Assembly: GCA_043228905.1 (NCBI GenBank)
Contig: JBHGNT010000021.1
Location: forward strand, 8,122,001-8,186,000
Reading direction: 5' to 3'
Source: Azolla caroliniana
Lineage: Eukaryota > Plantae > Polypodiophyta
DNA length: 64,000 nucleotides
The position numbers and the translations under genes are program-made. Positions 60,673 through 64,000 of the stretch are shown here, piece after piece (the stretch's first letter is position 1; every line of letters starts with the position of its first letter). The notes under the pieces are model-generated. The model saw nothing but the letters and a program-made list of their open reading frames with translations, did no database searches and was not told where the DNA came from.

Positions 60673-63600
60673 GTGTTGAGGGTGATCTATTTACCACATA
60701 GGTCGCCGTCATTAGCACCTCAGCCCAAAACTAAATGGATAACCTAGCATGTGCAATCATGCTACAGACTCTCTCCATCACAGTCCGGTTCATCCTTTTG
60801 GCCAATCCGTTGACCTCCTGTGTCTTCAGCACGTTGAATTCGAGTTGGATTCCCTTCGACCGACAGTATTGCCCTCAGTATTTGGATTCGAGTTGGATTC
60901 CCTCCTAGAATTGCCCTCAGTATTTGCCTCTGTTGTCCGCTTGAACCTCCTTTAGATTCCGACCTGTTTCCCTTTCCACTCTCGCGTGGAATCCCTTGAA
61001 GATGGACAATACCTGGTCCTTCATCTTCAACGATGAGACCCACAACTTCCGGCTGTGGTCATCTATGAACGTCACAAAGTACTGTGACCCAACATGTAAC
61101 TTCGTGTCCACTTGGCATACATCGGTGTGCACAAGTTCCAACGGTGCATTCTATCTCATTGGTGGTCTTGTCCGAAAGGAGGTTCATTTTTGCTTACCGG
61201 CCAAGCAGTTGGATCTCTCAAGTTGCACGTCTTTCACCTCCGGAATGAGGTTGTCCTCTGCGAGTCTCCGCATTCCCTTCTGGCTCATGTAGCACATCCT
61301 CTTGTGCCATAGCTCACCGGCAGTTTTGGATGCCACGTTCACTTCTTCTCGGCATATCCAAGCATGCATCAGGTACAACTTGTTGATTTTCCAGCCTCGG
61401 GCCACGATCAAGCTTCCTTTGCTAAACTTCATGACTCCGTTCCGGATGCTACCCATGTAGCCTTCGTCATCCAGCCTACCGGCTGATATCAGGTTCAACC
61501 GAACCTTCGGAACATGTCAGACATCTTTCAATAGTAACTTGCACCTGGTTGGCGTCGTCAGCAACACGTCTCCTATGCCGACAATTCGGCATGCACCTTC
61601 ATTCGCCATCCGGACAAAACCGTGATCTCAAACTCTGTAGGATGAGAAGCATTTCCGGTCGGGGGTGAGATGGAACGATGCTCCAAAGTCGACCACCCAT
61701 GTCGTTTCGTCACTGACAAGATGGAGCTCACTCTCCTCAATGATGTGCAACAGTTCTTCTTCACTTGTCGTGATTGCCGACGTTCCTCTTCTTTCCGAAA
61801 TCCTCTTTGGTTCCGGAGTGTCTGTTCTTCCTTTGGCTTTCTGGAAGTGTCGGCAATTCTTTTGGAAGTGCCCCAGCATTCCGTAATAAAAGCAAGTGGG
61901 CCTCCCCCTTGACTTTGACCTCGTCCTAGATTTTTCCCGGTTTTAGGGACTCCGATTCCGTCCTCTTCCCCGGTTATTGTCATGTCTTCCGTAACAAAGG
62001 CCTTCGGATCGGTTTCGAACTCCCGGTCCTTCCAGTGAGCTTCTTCGTCTAACAAGCTTGATTTTACCCTTGCTAGGGATAGGTGTTTCCCTTCTGACCT
62101 GGAACTGCCCAAAGTGACAACTAGTGTTTCCCAACTATCTGGGAGGGAACCTAGCAACAACAACACGAGTACGTCATCAACTAGAGGTACTTCCAACGAG
62201 TTTGTTTTGTTTATTAGCCCTTGGAAGGCATCCATGTGCGCTGCCATACTGGATCCGTCTTGGTATCAAAGTCTCACTAACTTCCAGAATACGGAGACCC
62301 CATTCACAACATTTTTGCTCTCCATCATGGTACCAAATTTCTCCCAAAGCACGTCAACCTTACTCTCTTCATTAACGTTGTTGTATAGGCTCATGTTGAT
62401 GAAGCATCGAATGTATGCCATCATCTTCATTTGCATCACCTCCCAAATCGCGACATCGATTTTATCTGGTCTTTTGTCTTCAAACTGTACTGGAAGCTAG
62501 AGATCTTTGACCACCAACATGTCCCTCACCTTCGACTTCTACATTGGGTAGTTGGAGCTGGTTAGCTTGAACATGCTGCCAAATGGATCTTCCAATTTTT
62601 GTTATTGTTCGCTCTGATACCAGTTTGTGTGGAATAGTGCTTGGCCACAACCGAGTCTTAAACACTCTATGGAAGAAACAAAACAGAAATGAAGATTAAT
62701 GCACTTTAACAGAACGAGACGACACTAGATGTTAATGTGGAAAACCCTAATCGGGAAAAACCACGGGAGCCCATAGACTCCAACTATCATTATGAGAGAA
62801 AGGGTACAATTAGAGACTAATGGACAATGACCTCGAGTTCTATCTTCGCCTACCGGAGGTTACAACAAAAAGCTTTCTGTATCTCTCTATACAACAAGAA
62901 TAACTACACTGTTGAACATTGTTGCCCTAGTTATATTTATACTTATATAACTTTAGGACTATTTACAAATATGACGTGAAACAATCACATCAGAACATAT
63001 ACATAAATTAATGTCTAACCGCATACCAAAACCGGATCCATCCAATCCATTTTCCAGATATCTTTCGGATCCATTCGGTCTGGTTCTTTCCTTCGGCTCG
63101 TTCGATCCGACTTGTCAGATTCTCATCCGGATCCCATCCGGAGGGACTGAATTGCCAACAATTCAGACGGTATCCAGGTATCTCTTGTACTCCCCCTCAA
63201 GCTTGGCAAGTCAGGGATTATCAATCCAAGGTCTGACATGAATTGCTGAAGCTTGTTGGCTCCTGGGGCTTTGGTGAAGATGTCGTCTATCTGAAGATTT
63301 ATGTTGATATGTTGAAGGTTGACATCTCCAGCCTGAACGCGGTCTGGGATGAAGTGGTAGTGCAATTCGATATTCTTTGTGCATGCGTGGAACACCTGGT
63401 TCCGAGCCATATAAATACTGCTCATGTTGTCTTAGTAAAGGGGAGTAAGATCCTTGATGGGAATGCCTAGATCCTTTGAAATCCTCTTGCGCCAGACGAC
63501 TTCACATGCAACCACAACTGTGCCCCTGTATTCAGCCTCTTTGCTCGGAAGTGCAACAATCGGCTGCTTCTTGCTACTCTAGCCTGATATTGCCCTGCTG

Positions 63601-64000
63601 CCAAGGGAGAAAACAAATACGGAGTTCAATCGTCGATCGGCTCTATAGCCGGCCCAGTTGGCATCTGTGTACCCTTCAAGTCGAATTGACATTGCCGTCT
63701 TGTAGAGGATGCCACAATCCATTGTGCCGCTCTCGCATTGTAATACTTGTTTGGCGCAATCCAAGTGAATGTCACATGGTTTTTGCATGAATTGGTTAAG
63801 GAGACCGACCGGGTAGCTGAGGTCGGCACGAGTGATTGTGAGATAGATGAGGCTCCCGTTCAGTTGTCGATACTGAGTCAACTCACACTCTTCTGTGAGT
63901 AGCGTGGCTTCTTTATAGGCATACTACTTTTGGATGGGTGCTCGATTCGAAGTTGGGTGGTTGTACCATGTACACGTCCTCTTTAATTCTCCTTGAAGAA

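Larger units (their letters stand above)
49458..63160 (-). mobile_element. Tnt1/Tork-like copia D (old, degenerate) carrying three nested insertions
   Basis: LTRs 49458-50012 and 62626-63160 (~10% diverged by eye), PBS 62611-62622, PPT 50013-50026, gag/IN/RT fragments homologous to K; no clean TSD. Confidence 0.88.
49007..63880 (-). mobile_element. 3' part of copia E (RT/RH 63161-63880; tail, PPT and 3' LTR 49007-49457), interrupted by D
   Basis: GSLIYLTITRADL, GYTDANWAG, FHACTKNIELHYHF; PPT GAGGGGGCG then LTR 49007-49389 of the B/C family. Linking the two halves is inferred from collinearity with the 3' end of L. Confidence 0.75.

Noticed and set aside
63881-64000. Possible further insertion at the window end
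   Set aside because: Copia E homology stops here, but 120 bp is too little to classify.

Overview
Plant nuclear DNA, most likely a seed-free land plant such as a fern or lycophyte (inferred from the Tcn1-like chromoviruses, RTE-X-like LINEs and SOSEKI gene). About 85% is nested retrotransposons around one ~9.4-kb low-copy island (39570-49006) that holds a 5-exon SOSEKI (DIX-like/DUF966) gene. Left nest, five levels: copia B > tRNA-Trp-primed gypsy A > Tnt1-like copia K > copia L > two solo LTRs, followed by copia C and a 100-N gap. Middle: an RTE-X-like LINE split by two very young Tcn1-like chromoviruses (G, H), with a second LINE inside its (CT)n tail. Right nest: copia E > Tnt1-like copia D > a non-autonomous LTR element carrying an HSP110 gene fragment, a LINE 3' fragment, and chromovirus I (itself hit by gypsy J). 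Best lead: the three chromoviruses (G, H, I) share one LTR layout despite divergent sequence. It consists of an outward-facing tRNA-like A-box/B-box hairpin, a phased heat-shock-element array, a TATA box and, 33 nt later, a 12-mer complementary to a non-tRNA PBS with compensatory change (Tf1-type self-priming). G and H also share a -1 frameshift heptamer with a predicted pseudoknot. All boundaries and mismatch counts were read by eye; no searches were run.
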